DNA of 64,000 bases from Bdellovibrionales bacterium (GCA_965262715.1 OZ253553.1:2400001-2464000), one strand, 5' to 3'. Shown: positions 31,125-40,348, counted from the stretch's first letter. Program-made: numbers and translations. The notes: generated by a model not told the origin, from the sequence alone.

Positions 31125-31865
31125 TTATTTTGGGGATAGAGTACTAGAAAGAACATCTTTCATAGAATAAAGCCCTGATGTCTTTGAGGCTAACCACTTT
31201 GCGGCAACAAGTGCTCCTCTTGCAAAAACACTGCGATCAAGAGCTGTATGTTCCATCTTTATGGTTTCCTCCTGTCCCATACACCATATCTGATGAATTC
31301 CACGAATATCCCCTCCCCTTAATGAAAGAGGCTCTGGAACTTCTGATTTGACTTGCGACTTCAATCTATCCTGTAACAATAAAGCTGTTCCACTAGGTTT
31401 GTCTTTTTTGCTGTGTTGATGAGCTTCTACAATTTGAAAATCATAATCAGAGATAACTTTTAAATTAGAAATCATCTCTGCTATTAAATTTATACCTAAA
31501 CTCATATTAGGTGCCCAAAGACAAGCTGTCTTTTTAGAGGCAGCCTCTAAAGCTTCAAAGTGTTCCTGTAGAAAACCTGTTGTTCCACTCACTATTTTCA
31601 CACAATGAGTATCACACCATTTAATTAAAGATAAAAAACACTTTGGCGTAGAAAAATCAATAACTATATCAACACTATTTGGATCCACTTGATTGATGTC
31701 ATTCACCAATTGTACTTCTGAAGGCAAAAAGCTGAAAGATGTAGACCTACTAACAGCCACAACTTGTACCAATTGAGGATCAGATGGAATCAATCGTATG
31801 AGCTGCTGCCCCATAAGCCCTGATACACCTACAACTGCTATTCGTATTTTTGAAGATGCCTTCAT
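31125..31865 (-). CDS. dapB: 4-hydroxy-tetrahydrodipicolinate reductase
   Basis: GVSGLMG, IDFS, SGTTG, APNMSLG, K.D.PSGTA, FARGA. Confidence 0.92.
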   Translation of the reverse strand: MKASSKIRIAVVGVSGLMGQQLIRLIPSDPQLVQVVAVSRSTSFSFLPSEVQLVNDINQVDPNSVDIVIDFSTPKCFLSLIKWCDTHCVKIVSGTTGFLQEHFEALEAASKKTACLWAPNMSLGINLIAEMISNLKVISDYDFQIVEAHQHSKKDKPSGTALLLQDRLKSQVKSEVPEPLSLRGGDIRGIHQIWCMGQEETIKMEHTALDRSVFARGALVAAKWLASKTSGLYSMKDVLSSTLSPK

Positions 31866-32081
31866 TTTCCTCTCCTAATACTATTGCTGTATTGCTGTTC
31901 ATTTCTTATTATCAAAGTTCACCAAAGTCAATAACCACCCTTTATATTATTTTATGCAACCTTTATAACTAAAAAGCCTGTTGTTGTTTATTAGAAAAGG
32001 TCTCAAAAATAAAAATTTGATGAACATTGCTAGTGGTTCATAACTTTATCTAACTACTGATGCACATCAGTGTTCATCTTT

Positions 32082-32262
32082 TTTCACTAAAATGCATCTA
32101 ACCTCTATTTCACTAAAATGCATCTAGCCTCTGGCTACTTTCTGGCAGTTAGCCTGAAGGCTCTCGCCTTCAGCAAGTAGCTTGTTACCTCAAAAATTTG
32201 TTCATTTTTAGTAGGGAGATATTCTTCGTATCTTTGTATAATGTTAAGGGAAATTTCCTCTT
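32082..32262 (+). repeat. Structured dispersed repeat, copy A, with a tandem 26-bp 5' duplication
   Basis: Homologous to 37954-38160 and to the reverse complement of 38525-38684. Confidence 0.85.
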
Positions 32263-32392
32263 AATATGTACACTTTTTTCTTACAAAAGGTTTGCAACTT
32301 CGATAAAAAAAGTTACTGATTAATTAAGGATACACAAAATAATTTATAAGCTCAATTATGAAAGTTTTTTCAGCTTTGAAAAGGTATAAAAT

Positions 32393-33985
32393 ATGAATGA
32401 TAAAGAATACGAGTTTTATAAGCCTGTTAGAAACTTAATACGTCAATATATCAGACATGACTTGCTCAAGGCAATTGTGCTAGATAGCTATAATATATCT
32501 AAAATATATGATAGTGGTAGAAGTCTTGAATATTTAAGCCAAAATGGCATTCCTCCTCATTATTTACTTCTTTTAGGTAAATGGATTATTTTAGATTGGG
32601 ACAACATAAGAGGTAAAAAGCCTGTAAGTCAAAATGAACTTATCAAAATAAAAAATGGAGTTATATCTTTTGCTGATAAAGTAGTAAAAGATGCAACTCC
32701 TCAAGATCTAATTTTAAAAAACAATAAAACTATGAGACAGATTGCATTTCAACAATTTTGGTACCAACAAAGACCAAATGACGAGGATGTAGGAAGAACT
32801 ATTGAGTTATTAATAAAACCATCTATTTCTGACAAAGCTGAGCGTATTATGTATGATTATTGTGGTCTTAATCGTATAGAGTTCTTTGACTTACTTTTAA
32901 CATTGAAAGAAGCTCTTGATAGAAATGCATTTATAATGAAAAGTTATTATGAAACTATGAAGATTGAAAAAAGAAAAATTGATTCTTTTTTCAAGCTACT
33001 TTCAATAAATGAAGATGACTTTACTGACTTTAGTGAAAAGTTTTCTACAAAAAAACATGGTGAGATTTATGAAACATCACCTTTTAAATTAAAACCCTTT
33101 TTAAATATAGGAGAAAAGTATTATCTTTGGAGTATTGCATTTCGTGATGAATTTATTAAGTTTGGAATTTATGATATCTTAAAATCTTCCGCCAAAAGTG
33201 AGTTTTCAAATTGTTGGGGTACTATCTTTGAAAATTATTTAAAGAAAAGATTAGATGAGTATAATATTTCTTATATTCCTGAAAAACAGCTAAGAAAAGA
33301 AGGTCACGCAAAACAAGTTGATTTTTTAATTAAACATAAAAGTTATTCCAAAAGTTTATTTCATAAAAGATCAACCCTCATTTCCTTTAAACAAATAATT
33401 TTTAGCTGTATGGTTACTCTAAAAAATATTTTTAGAGTAAAAGCTCCAATTTCTAAATATGATTTAATTTTGATTGAAGCGAAAGCAATTGAAGCTCCTC
33501 ATCATACAAAATCTTACCCTTCTGATAAAAGAATGATTAGGGCTTACAAAAAAGATATAATTAAAGCATTAGCACAGGCGCATGAGGTTATCAAAACATT
33601 TAAAGTAAATAAGCTTATTAATGATACTTTTTTACTTATTGTAACATATGAAGAGTTATATTTAGGTGATGGTGAAGATGTTTGGAATGAATTTGCTAAA
33701 ACCTCATTAAGTAATGATTATGGAATAAAGGATTTTAATATAAAACCAGAAAACTTATTCTTTATTTCAATTAATAGCTTTGATCGACTGCTTCGAATTA
33801 CAGATGGAAATATTGAACAAATGATTAAAATTTTTAAAGAAGTTATTAAACAAAAAAATGGTGAAACTAAAAAGTATATTTTTGAAGATTACTTAAAAGA
33901 GTTTGATGTGGAAAAAAGTAAAGATCAACATCTTTTTAAAGTTTTTGAAAATTATTTGAAAAATATGCAACAAAAATATTCCTAA
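32393..33985 (+). CDS. Hypothetical protein with putative C-terminal PD-(D/E)XK-like motifs
   Basis: 530-aa very AT-rich ORF; GTIFENY, VDFLI...LIEAK, QA. Confidence 0.5.
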   Translation: MNDKEYEFYKPVRNLIRQYIRHDLLKAIVLDSYNISKIYDSGRSLEYLSQNGIPPHYLLLLGKWIILDWDNIRGKKPVSQNELIKIKNGVISFADKVVKDATPQDLILKNNKTMRQIAFQQFWYQQRPNDEDVGRTIELLIKPSISDKAERIMYDYCGLNRIEFFDLLLTLKEALDRNAFIMKSYYETMKIEKRKIDSFFKLLSINEDDFTDFSEKFSTKKHGEIYETSPFKLKPFLNIGEKYYLWSIAFRDEFIKFGIYDILKSSAKSEFSNCWGTIFENYLKKRLDEYNISYIPEKQLRKEGHAKQVDFLIKHKSYSKSLFHKRSTLISFKQIIFSCMVTLKNIFRVKAPISKYDLILIEAKAIEAPHHTKSYPSDKRMIRAYKKDIIKALAQAHEVIKTFKVNKLINDTFLLIVTYEELYLGDGEDVWNEFAKTSLSNDYGIKDFNIKPENLFFISINSFDRLLRITDGNIEQMIKIFKEVIKQKNGETKKYIFEDYLKEFDVEKSKDQHLFKVFENYLKNMQQKYS

Positions 33986-34084
33986 AAAATGAATAATCTA
34001 CAATGATTGAAGTTGGCTAGAAGCCGTGGACACATCACCACAGTCATACCCAACAAATTAAATTCAGCTATATATTTTTTCAAA

Positions 34085-34801
34085 TTAATTGCTTGATTTC
34101 CAGTTTTCATGTCTTAAAGGCAAAGCATTGAGTTCATCTCTCAAATGTTTCCATGCTGGTATAACCCTATCCATAATAGATATAAATTGAGGCCCATGAT
34201 TGGGTATGAGCAAATGAGTCATTTCATGTGCTATCACGTATTCAACAAGTTCTATTGGCTTTTTAGCTAGTTCAGAATTGAGACGAATGCTCGATTGTTT
34301 AAAATGGCAACTCCCCCATCTTGTTTTCATCCTTTGTATATAAACCTTTTTAACTTTTACATGCATTATTTTTTCAAACTTTCTAATAACAGATGAGGCC
34401 AACGACCTCAATTCATTTCTATAAAATGTATTTAAAACCTGTTCTTTATCTTCTCTTGAAAAATGAGATTTTACACTCAATAAAAGTGTTTTATGTTGTA
34501 CATCTACAGATGGAGATTTTTGGGTTTCTAACACACTCAATAGATACCTTTTTCCCCATAGATAATGGCTTTCTCGATCTATAAACTCTCTAGGAGTTTC
34601 TCTCATTTGAGTTTTAAACTTATCTCTATTCTTTCGAATCCATAAAAGTTTTGAAATAGCAACCATTCTTATCTCATCGGATTTTATATGATAAGGTGCT
34701 GATATCCTAACTCTTCCATCTGGTGGTAAAATACTCAAATGAATGTTTTTAATATCTTTTTGTATGACATCAATATGGATATTACCTACTTCTATTTTCA
34801 T
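34085..34801 (-). CDS. YgjP/DUF45 (M48/SprT-like) metal-dependent hydrolase of type I R-M loci
   Basis: MKTRWGSC, EYVIAHEMTHL..NH. Confidence 0.9.
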   Translation of the reverse strand: MKIEVGNIHIDVIQKDIKNIHLSILPPDGRVRISAPYHIKSDEIRMVAISKLLWIRKNRDKFKTQMRETPREFIDRESHYLWGKRYLLSVLETQKSPSVDVQHKTLLLSVKSHFSREDKEQVLNTFYRNELRSLASSVIRKFEKIMHVKVKKVYIQRMKTRWGSCHFKQSSIRLNSELAKKPIELVEYVIAHEMTHLLIPNHGPQFISIMDRVIPAWKHLRDELNALPLRHENWKSSN

Positions 34802-34827
34802 CTCAAAACCCCTTTCAAATATATCTT

Positions 34828-35493
34828 CTAATATTCCTTTTGTTCATAAATGATTTGAAATACTTTCTCAACTTCATCCCTATCAAGGACAATATCATAT
34901 ATGGCTTTCTTGACAACTTGTTCTTTTGCCTGATGCCCTTTCCATCCATCTGGAGCATTTGTTTTGACAGCTTCATGTATTTTGAGTGTCAGCTTTAAAT
35001 TCTTGTTGAGATTTTCATAGAGTACTTTTTTACCATAAGTGTCTAATTCTTTAGGCAAATCATCTTCATAACCTTTTTGAATCTTTTTTGCTAAGTTAGC
35101 AATCATTTTTAGAAAAGCTTCATATTCAAAGGCTTTGCTTTTACGATTTTTAATGATCTCATCTAAAATTTGAGACATGCGATCATAAAACTCAGGATTG
35201 TTTGCTCTTTCTGTAATGATCTTCTTACGAATATTGTTTGTAATAGTTTCAATGATGGCCTCTTGATTATTTTTTAGAGATGAAGGAAGAGTATTGATGG
35301 CCTCATCAACTCCAGAGGTCATAATCAAATCAAGAAGGGGTGTGTTATCAAGGTGAGAGACTGTTCTTGCTTGTGAAGACTCAATATAATTATCAATCAA
35401 ATGCCTCATATCAGCTTCGTATGCCTTAAGATCAATGGTTTCACCACTTGCATTTTTGATGGTTTCTCGTAATTGAATGTAATACTTGACTTG
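34828..35493 (-). pseudogene. hsdR: C-terminal remnant of type I restriction subunit HsdR
   Basis: IKNASGETIDLKAYEADMRHLID, ETITNNIRKKI, FYDRMSQILD; upstream of ygjP as in type I loci. Confidence 0.75.
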
Positions 35494-35882
35494 ATTTTTA
35501 ATAACCTGTGTATATACTTTGCCATTTCTTTTTTTTAATCCAAATACAATAGTTTTTCCGCTTGATCCTCTTCCACGAAGACCTCGAACTCTTTTAGCTC
35601 CAAAGTAACTTTCATCAATTTCAATTTCTCCTTTTGAAAAAATACTTTCTTTTTCACAAAACTGAGTGATCCTTATACGAAGCTTTTTTAAAATTCTGTT
35701 AATACAATTTCTACTTATACCGGAAAAATAAGCTATTTGCTGAGCTGTTAAATCTCCTGAAAAAAGCTTGATAACTTCTCTAAATTTCTTCTCAGAAATT
35801 CGGGAACGGATAAAATACCTGTTTTTCATAATCATAACAGTAAGTTAACTCTCCTCAAAGTCAACTTAAAGTGTCATGAACC
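35494..35882 (-). mobile_element. Truncated IS1595-family element (left end plus N-terminal transposase)
   Basis: SRISEKKFR, EIEIDESYFG, RGRG..GKTIVFG, GKVYTQ; HsdM homology stops abruptly at GGTTCATGACAC (35882). Confidence 0.85.
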
Positions 35883-36276
35883 TTAAATATTCATAAGCAT
35901 CTACAAGAAGGTCATCCCCATCTGCACGATTTTGACTAAAGTCACTGTTTTCAAATATAGCAATTAAGTTGGTCAGCTTATCGACCATTTCCTTCCCATT
36001 ACCAAGTTTATTTTCTCTAGCTAGAGGAGCAATGATCCTTTTATTGATTTGATCTCCAATATCTGATTTGCCCTTCAGTGCAATCATATCTTGAAAACTT
36101 GCTCCTGGTGGTATCTTAATCGGAGCATAAGGCTGATTTGCGTATTTATCACTAATGTACTTGATAAACAAAAGGACCAAAACATAGTCCTTATATTGAC
36201 TGGCATCCATTCCCCCACGAAGCTCATCACAACTAGACCATAAAGTCGAATAAAGTTCAGATTTTTTCAATGTCAT
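35883..36276 (-). pseudogene. hsdM: N-terminal remnant of type I methyltransferase HsdM
   Basis: KKSELYSTLWSSCDELRGGMDASQYKDYVL, DAYEYL; no catalytic motifs follow. Confidence 0.9.
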
Positions 36277-36278
36277 AG

Positions 36279-37760
36279 CTAAACTCCAACTGTCTGATTT
36301 GCTTCATTCATTAAATGAGATGTCTTATCTTTCTGTAATCCATTGGCTATCAATTGAACTTTTGTTTCTTTTTGTATTTGATGATTGACAGGTTTTAAAA
36401 TGGAATCAAATGACACAATTCCATTGCTTGATAAAATGGCTTCTCTACATTTTGTGGCAAAGATTTTATCTGATGGGTGCTCTTGCAAATGCTGTGAAAT
36501 ATAAAATAAATCTGATGTACAAACAAGAGCAATACTGTGTTGATTGGCTGTTTGAATGCACTTTTCAGTAAATTGATTTGACCTCTTGCTTGGCTGGTCA
36601 AGTCGATAGGCATTTCCAAAAAGCACACCTTTTGCAATATCTTCTGTATTATCCTTTCCATTATATTCTACTAAATTCGTTATCAATTGAGAAATTTTTT
36701 TTCTATTAACATCCTTGTTTTTACCTTCAACCTCTCCTAAACCAGTCCCTTCTTTTGATTTGAAAGTGACGTCAAATTCAGATTCTGCATCCCTATAGTT
36801 TTGAGCCTTAAATCCCATTAACTCTAAGCAATTTATCACGGCTTCTTCTAAAGGTTTTCCAGTTTCAAAAAGAAGTCTGTAAGGCATTTTTGCTTTTTCT
36901 AAATCTTTTTCCAGATCAGCTTTATCTTGACCCAGTTTTTCTATTTTGATGTCTATCTTTCCTATATTTTGTTTTATTTGAGAAACACCATCTATTTTAA
37001 ATTTGTCATGGCTAGACCAGTCAGGAGGAGGCGTTAAAGCACAGGAGCTTTTAAGTGTTTGATCTATTTGAATAATATGCTGGATCAAACGATTTGAGAG
37101 TTGATATGCTTTTTCATTGTAAGTATATTCGACAAGATCAGAATGTCTAAAATTGATTGCAGGTAGAATAACCAAGAAACCACCAGATGGAGTCTTAATG
37201 ATTCCTCCGAAGACCTCTGATCTTCTTTTTGGATCAAAGTTTTTTGGAACAAAATACACATCACCTCGGAAATGAGAAAAAGCTATTTCATAGTAAAAAT
37301 ATTTTTCGAAGTCATCCCATAGAGACTTTAAAGTAGCCTTTGTATTACTATATTTTTTGATTTCTTTTCCTGAAACAATACGAGGTTTTCCTAAAGGTAA
37401 AAAATTTAAAAAAGGATTAAAATATTCATACTGATTGCCATATCTACTAGATGCTGTTTTATAATAATAAAATTCTGGTGGTTTTTCGCAAAAAACAAAA
37501 ATAGTTTTCTGTTCTGACATGGCCTGCTGAAATTCAGATTCCCAATGTTTAATTTCATCTCGAAAAACTCTAGATTGATCTTCTGTCAATAGTGGCTTTC
37601 CTTCAAATGTTTGTTGAAAGGTATAATTAAAAAATTGTGGTGAAAATAAAATCACATCCCCATCCATCAGTGACTTTCTGTCACTTGATAAATAAGAACT
37701 TACTTGCCCATTTTTAAAAGGGAAATGCTCTATTCCCATACCTATTATCTGTTTATCCAA
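36279..37760 (-). CDS. Hypothetical protein with coiled coil and C-terminal PD-(D/E)XK endonuclease-like domain
   Basis: TTG start with GGAGG SD; LLFETGKPLEEAV...GF, EFDV..., GEVEGK, QL. Confidence 0.6.
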   Translation of the reverse strand: MDKQIIGMGIEHFPFKNGQVSSYLSSDRKSLMDGDVILFSPQFFNYTFQQTFEGKPLLTEDQSRVFRDEIKHWESEFQQAMSEQKTIFVFCEKPPEFYYYKTASSRYGNQYEYFNPFLNFLPLGKPRIVSGKEIKKYSNTKATLKSLWDDFEKYFYYEIAFSHFRGDVYFVPKNFDPKRRSEVFGGIIKTPSGGFLVILPAINFRHSDLVEYTYNEKAYQLSNRLIQHIIQIDQTLKSSCALTPPPDWSSHDKFKIDGVSQIKQNIGKIDIKIEKLGQDKADLEKDLEKAKMPYRLLFETGKPLEEAVINCLELMGFKAQNYRDAESEFDVTFKSKEGTGLGEVEGKNKDVNRKKISQLITNLVEYNGKDNTEDIAKGVLFGNAYRLDQPSKRSNQFTEKCIQTANQHSIALVCTSDLFYISQHLQEHPSDKIFATKCREAILSSNGIVSFDSILKPVNHQIQKETKVQLIANGLQKDKTSHLMNEANQTVGV

Positions 37761-37953
37761 GATAATACCTCCTACACTTTCTTATCGAAATTACAAACTC
37801 CAAGAAAAGCCATATTGGCATAAAACTGACTCCTGTTCAACATATAAATCAAATGTACAAACTGCTCTATACTCCTAAATGATAACTGCTATGCAGCATA
37901 GAGGAACTATACCTATATGAGAGAGCCTTTTCACATAAGTTTGCCTTTCTGTC

Positions 37954-38160
37954 TCACTAAAAATGAACCAGCCTCTGTATCACTAAAATGCATCTCGTCT
38001 GTGTTTCCCTAAAAATAAACTGACCTCTGGTCATTTTTGGGCAGTTAGCCTGAAGACTTATGTCTTCAAGAAAATGCTAACTGCCTCAAAAATCCGTTTA
38101 TTTTTAGGAGGAAGATACTCTTCGTTTCTTTGCAAAATGTTAAGGAAAATTTTCTTTTAT
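37954..38160 (+). repeat. Structured dispersed repeat, copy B (three 26-bp 5' units plus 99-bp core at 38009-38107)
   Basis: Perfect 12-bp outer stem CTAAAAATAAAC/GTTTATTTTTAG and nested hairpins. Confidence 0.88.
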
Positions 38161-38228
38161 TATTTCTTCTGCAAGGCAATCCGGAATCAGTTCTCGGAAA
38201 CAGAAACCAGTTTGCCAGAGTGCCAAAT

Positions 38229-38522
38229 TCATGTATTTTGACACAACTTATAGAGGAATGCCCCAAGTTTATCAGCTTCCTTTATTAATACTTGATGATT
38301 AATAAGAATGAGTATGGCTTGTGTTTCTCTTAAAGAACCTAAACTAATTTCGTAAAATTTCCTACGTTCCTTAGAACTAGATTTTGCAGATCCTTCAGCT
38401 AAATTGAGTACAATACTAAGCACAGCTCTTTGAAACTGATTTTTCATTGGCCCTTTTAGAGTTAATTTATTAGATTTATGATAGAACTGAATTGCTAATT
38501 GATAAGTCTTGAATTTTTGCAT
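38229..38522 (-). CDS. Four-helix-bundle protein (23S rRNA-IVP / bAvd-like family)
   Basis: YQLA, QFQRAVLSIVLNLAEG, RRKFYEISLGSLRETQ motifs. Confidence 0.92.
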   Translation of the reverse strand: MQKFKTYQLAIQFYHKSNKLTLKGPMKNQFQRAVLSIVLNLAEGSAKSSSKERRKFYEISLGSLRETQAILILINHQVLIKEADKLGAFLYKLCQNT

Positions 38523-38524
38523 AA

Positions 38525-38684
38525 AAAAATAGAGGCATTTTCCCTAACATGTATGCAAAAAATGAGAAGTATCTCTTTACTAAAAATAAACAAATTTTTG
38601 AGGTAGTCAGCATTTTCTTGAAGATGTGAGTCTTCAGGCTGACTATCCAAAAATGGCCAGAGGCCAGTTTATTTTTAGTGATAC
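38525..38684 (-). repeat. Structured dispersed repeat, copy C (inverted; core 38580-38678)
   Basis: Reverse complement aligns with copy B over about 150 bp. Confidence 0.88.
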
Positions 38685-38792
38685 AACTTGGGAGGTAAAA
38701 ATTATGCAAAAATTCAAAATAAGCTTATTTATTACCAGTTTCCAGAAACCGGTTTCCCGGAAGCCATATCCCGGATGAATAAAACAGTGTTT

Positions 38793-39602
38793 TTAGTCTT
38801 TACCCGTCTTGATAGCTCGTCTTACAAGCTCTTTCACATAAGTCTGCCTTTCTGAACCGGAGAGGAGTTGTTCTATTCTATCGTATAGGCTTGAATCATT
38901 GATCAATGCTCCTAAAGTGCCCTGGCCTTTATCTATCTTTCTTAAAACAGAATTAAGGTAGTACAACGACTGTTTTAACTTTTTCTCCTCCTGTATATCT
39001 TTTGCCAGTACATTTAGAGAAGATATAAGTTCTGTAAGTCCCTTACTGCTTTCATTGAGGTTATGCATGATCTCAACGGCTTTATTGTTCGCATTTAAGC
39101 TTTTAACAAGAGTGGCTAATTCTTGCAAAACTACAAATAGGTTTTCTATCTTATCACCTTCTGAAGAAATAACAGAAAATATATCAACTTGTGGCTCATG
39201 AATTAAAAAATCACCATCCTGTAGAACCTTTCCACTACCTTCCGGGTTTATAGATACGAACTTATCACCTAAAACACCTTTTGTTTTGGTCTCAACCTTC
39301 GATCCTTCTTTTATTAGGTTTTGATAACGATTATCTATACCTAATTGAATGAGAACTTTATTTTCAGAAGGTAAAGGACTAACAGAACCTACATTTCCAA
39401 TAGTAACTCCTAATAACTGTACAAGACTGCCCGGTCCTAAGCCTTCAATAGAATCCATCTTGACCTGCAGTGTGTATCGGGTGCTAAAAAGAAAAGATCC
39501 TTCTCTTAATGAAAATAAACTGATGATAAATATAACAATTGCTACACTTACGAAAAGCCCTACCTTAATTTCTATATGTTTACCATAATCTTGATTAGAC
39601 AT
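38793..39602 (-). CDS. mlaD: MlaD/MCE-family protein
   Basis: KVGLFV TM, GL..GS.V...GVTIG.V, GVLGDKFV, GQGTLGALIND. Confidence 0.9.
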   Translation of the reverse strand: MSNQDYGKHIEIKVGLFVSVAIVIFIISLFSLREGSFLFSTRYTLQVKMDSIEGLGPGSLVQLLGVTIGNVGSVSPLPSENKVLIQLGIDNRYQNLIKEGSKVETKTKGVLGDKFVSINPEGSGKVLQDGDFLIHEPQVDIFSVISSEGDKIENLFVVLQELATLVKSLNANNKAVEIMHNLNESSKGLTELISSLNVLAKDIQEEKKLKQSLYYLNSVLRKIDKGQGTLGALINDSSLYDRIEQLLSGSERQTYVKELVRRAIKTGKD

Positions 39603-40348
39603 TATACAACCTCTCCTTGAACAAACTTATGAATAATATGTTTTGAATTATTTTTTAAATCTTTCACTGTAATAATAGCCCCTATTTCACAATTAGAAAT
39701 CATAGCAACACGATCACAAATAGAAAAAACAGAAGACATGTCATGAGTCACTAAAATAGATGTAACACCAGTTTTTTTAAGATCCATTATTTCTCCTATT
39801 ATTGTTCTAGCATTAAATGGATCTAAACCTGCTGTGGGCTCATCATAAAGTATGATCTCAGGCTCCAAAATAAGAGCTCTGGCAAGCCCAACACGTTTTT
39901 GCATTCCTCCAGAAAGATGAGCCGGAAAAAGCTGTGCATTACCTTCTAAATGAAAATCTTTAAGTTTTTTATAGATAATCTCTGAGATTTCTTCTTCAGA
40001 GAGATGGGTATGTTCTCTTAAAGGATAAGCTAAATTTTCATAGACTGTCATAGAATCAAAAAGAGCTCCTCCTTGAAAAACATAAGCCACTTTTTTTCTT
40101 AACTCGATCATTTTATTTTCTTTAAGAGTTGTAACATCAAAGTTAATAACTTGGATTGTTCCTCTATCTGGAATTTCTAAACCTATGAGACTTCTTAAAA
40201 GAAAACTCTTACCTGTACCAGAGCCACCAATTAAACCAAGACATTCTCCTTCTCGCACTTCAAGGTTAACTCCTTCAAATACTGTTTTAGTGCCAAAGCT
40301 CTTATAAAGATCCTTTACTTTAATGATAGCCATAACTGGATCTCCCAA
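39602..40348 (-). CDS. mlaF: MlaF-like ABC ATPase
   Basis: GGSGTGKS, FQGGALFDS, LSGGMQKRV, YDEPTAGLDP. Confidence 0.92.
   Translation of the reverse strand: MGDPVMAIIKVKDLYKSFGTKTVFEGVNLEVREGECLGLIGGSGTGKSFLLRSLIGLEIPDRGTIQVINFDVTTLKENKMIELRKKVAYVFQGGALFDSMTVYENLAYPLREHTHLSEEEISEIIYKKLKDFHLEGNAQLFPAHLSGGMQKRVGLARALILEPEIILYDEPTAGLDPFNARTIIGEIMDLKKTGVTSILVTHDMSSVFSICDRVAMISNCEIGAIITVKDLKNNSKHIIHKFVQGEVV

Noticed and set aside
38229..38522. Diversity-generating retroelement
   Set aside because: No reverse transcriptase and no TR/VR pair with adenine-specific differences seen in the window
32082..38684. Classical integron
   Set aside because: No integrase gene; the repeats lack a proper RYYYAAC...GTTRRRY arrangement and are not one per gene
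38066..38709. ORFs 38066-38266 and 38476-38709
   Set aside because: They run across the structured repeats and overlap the four-helix gene; no protein features
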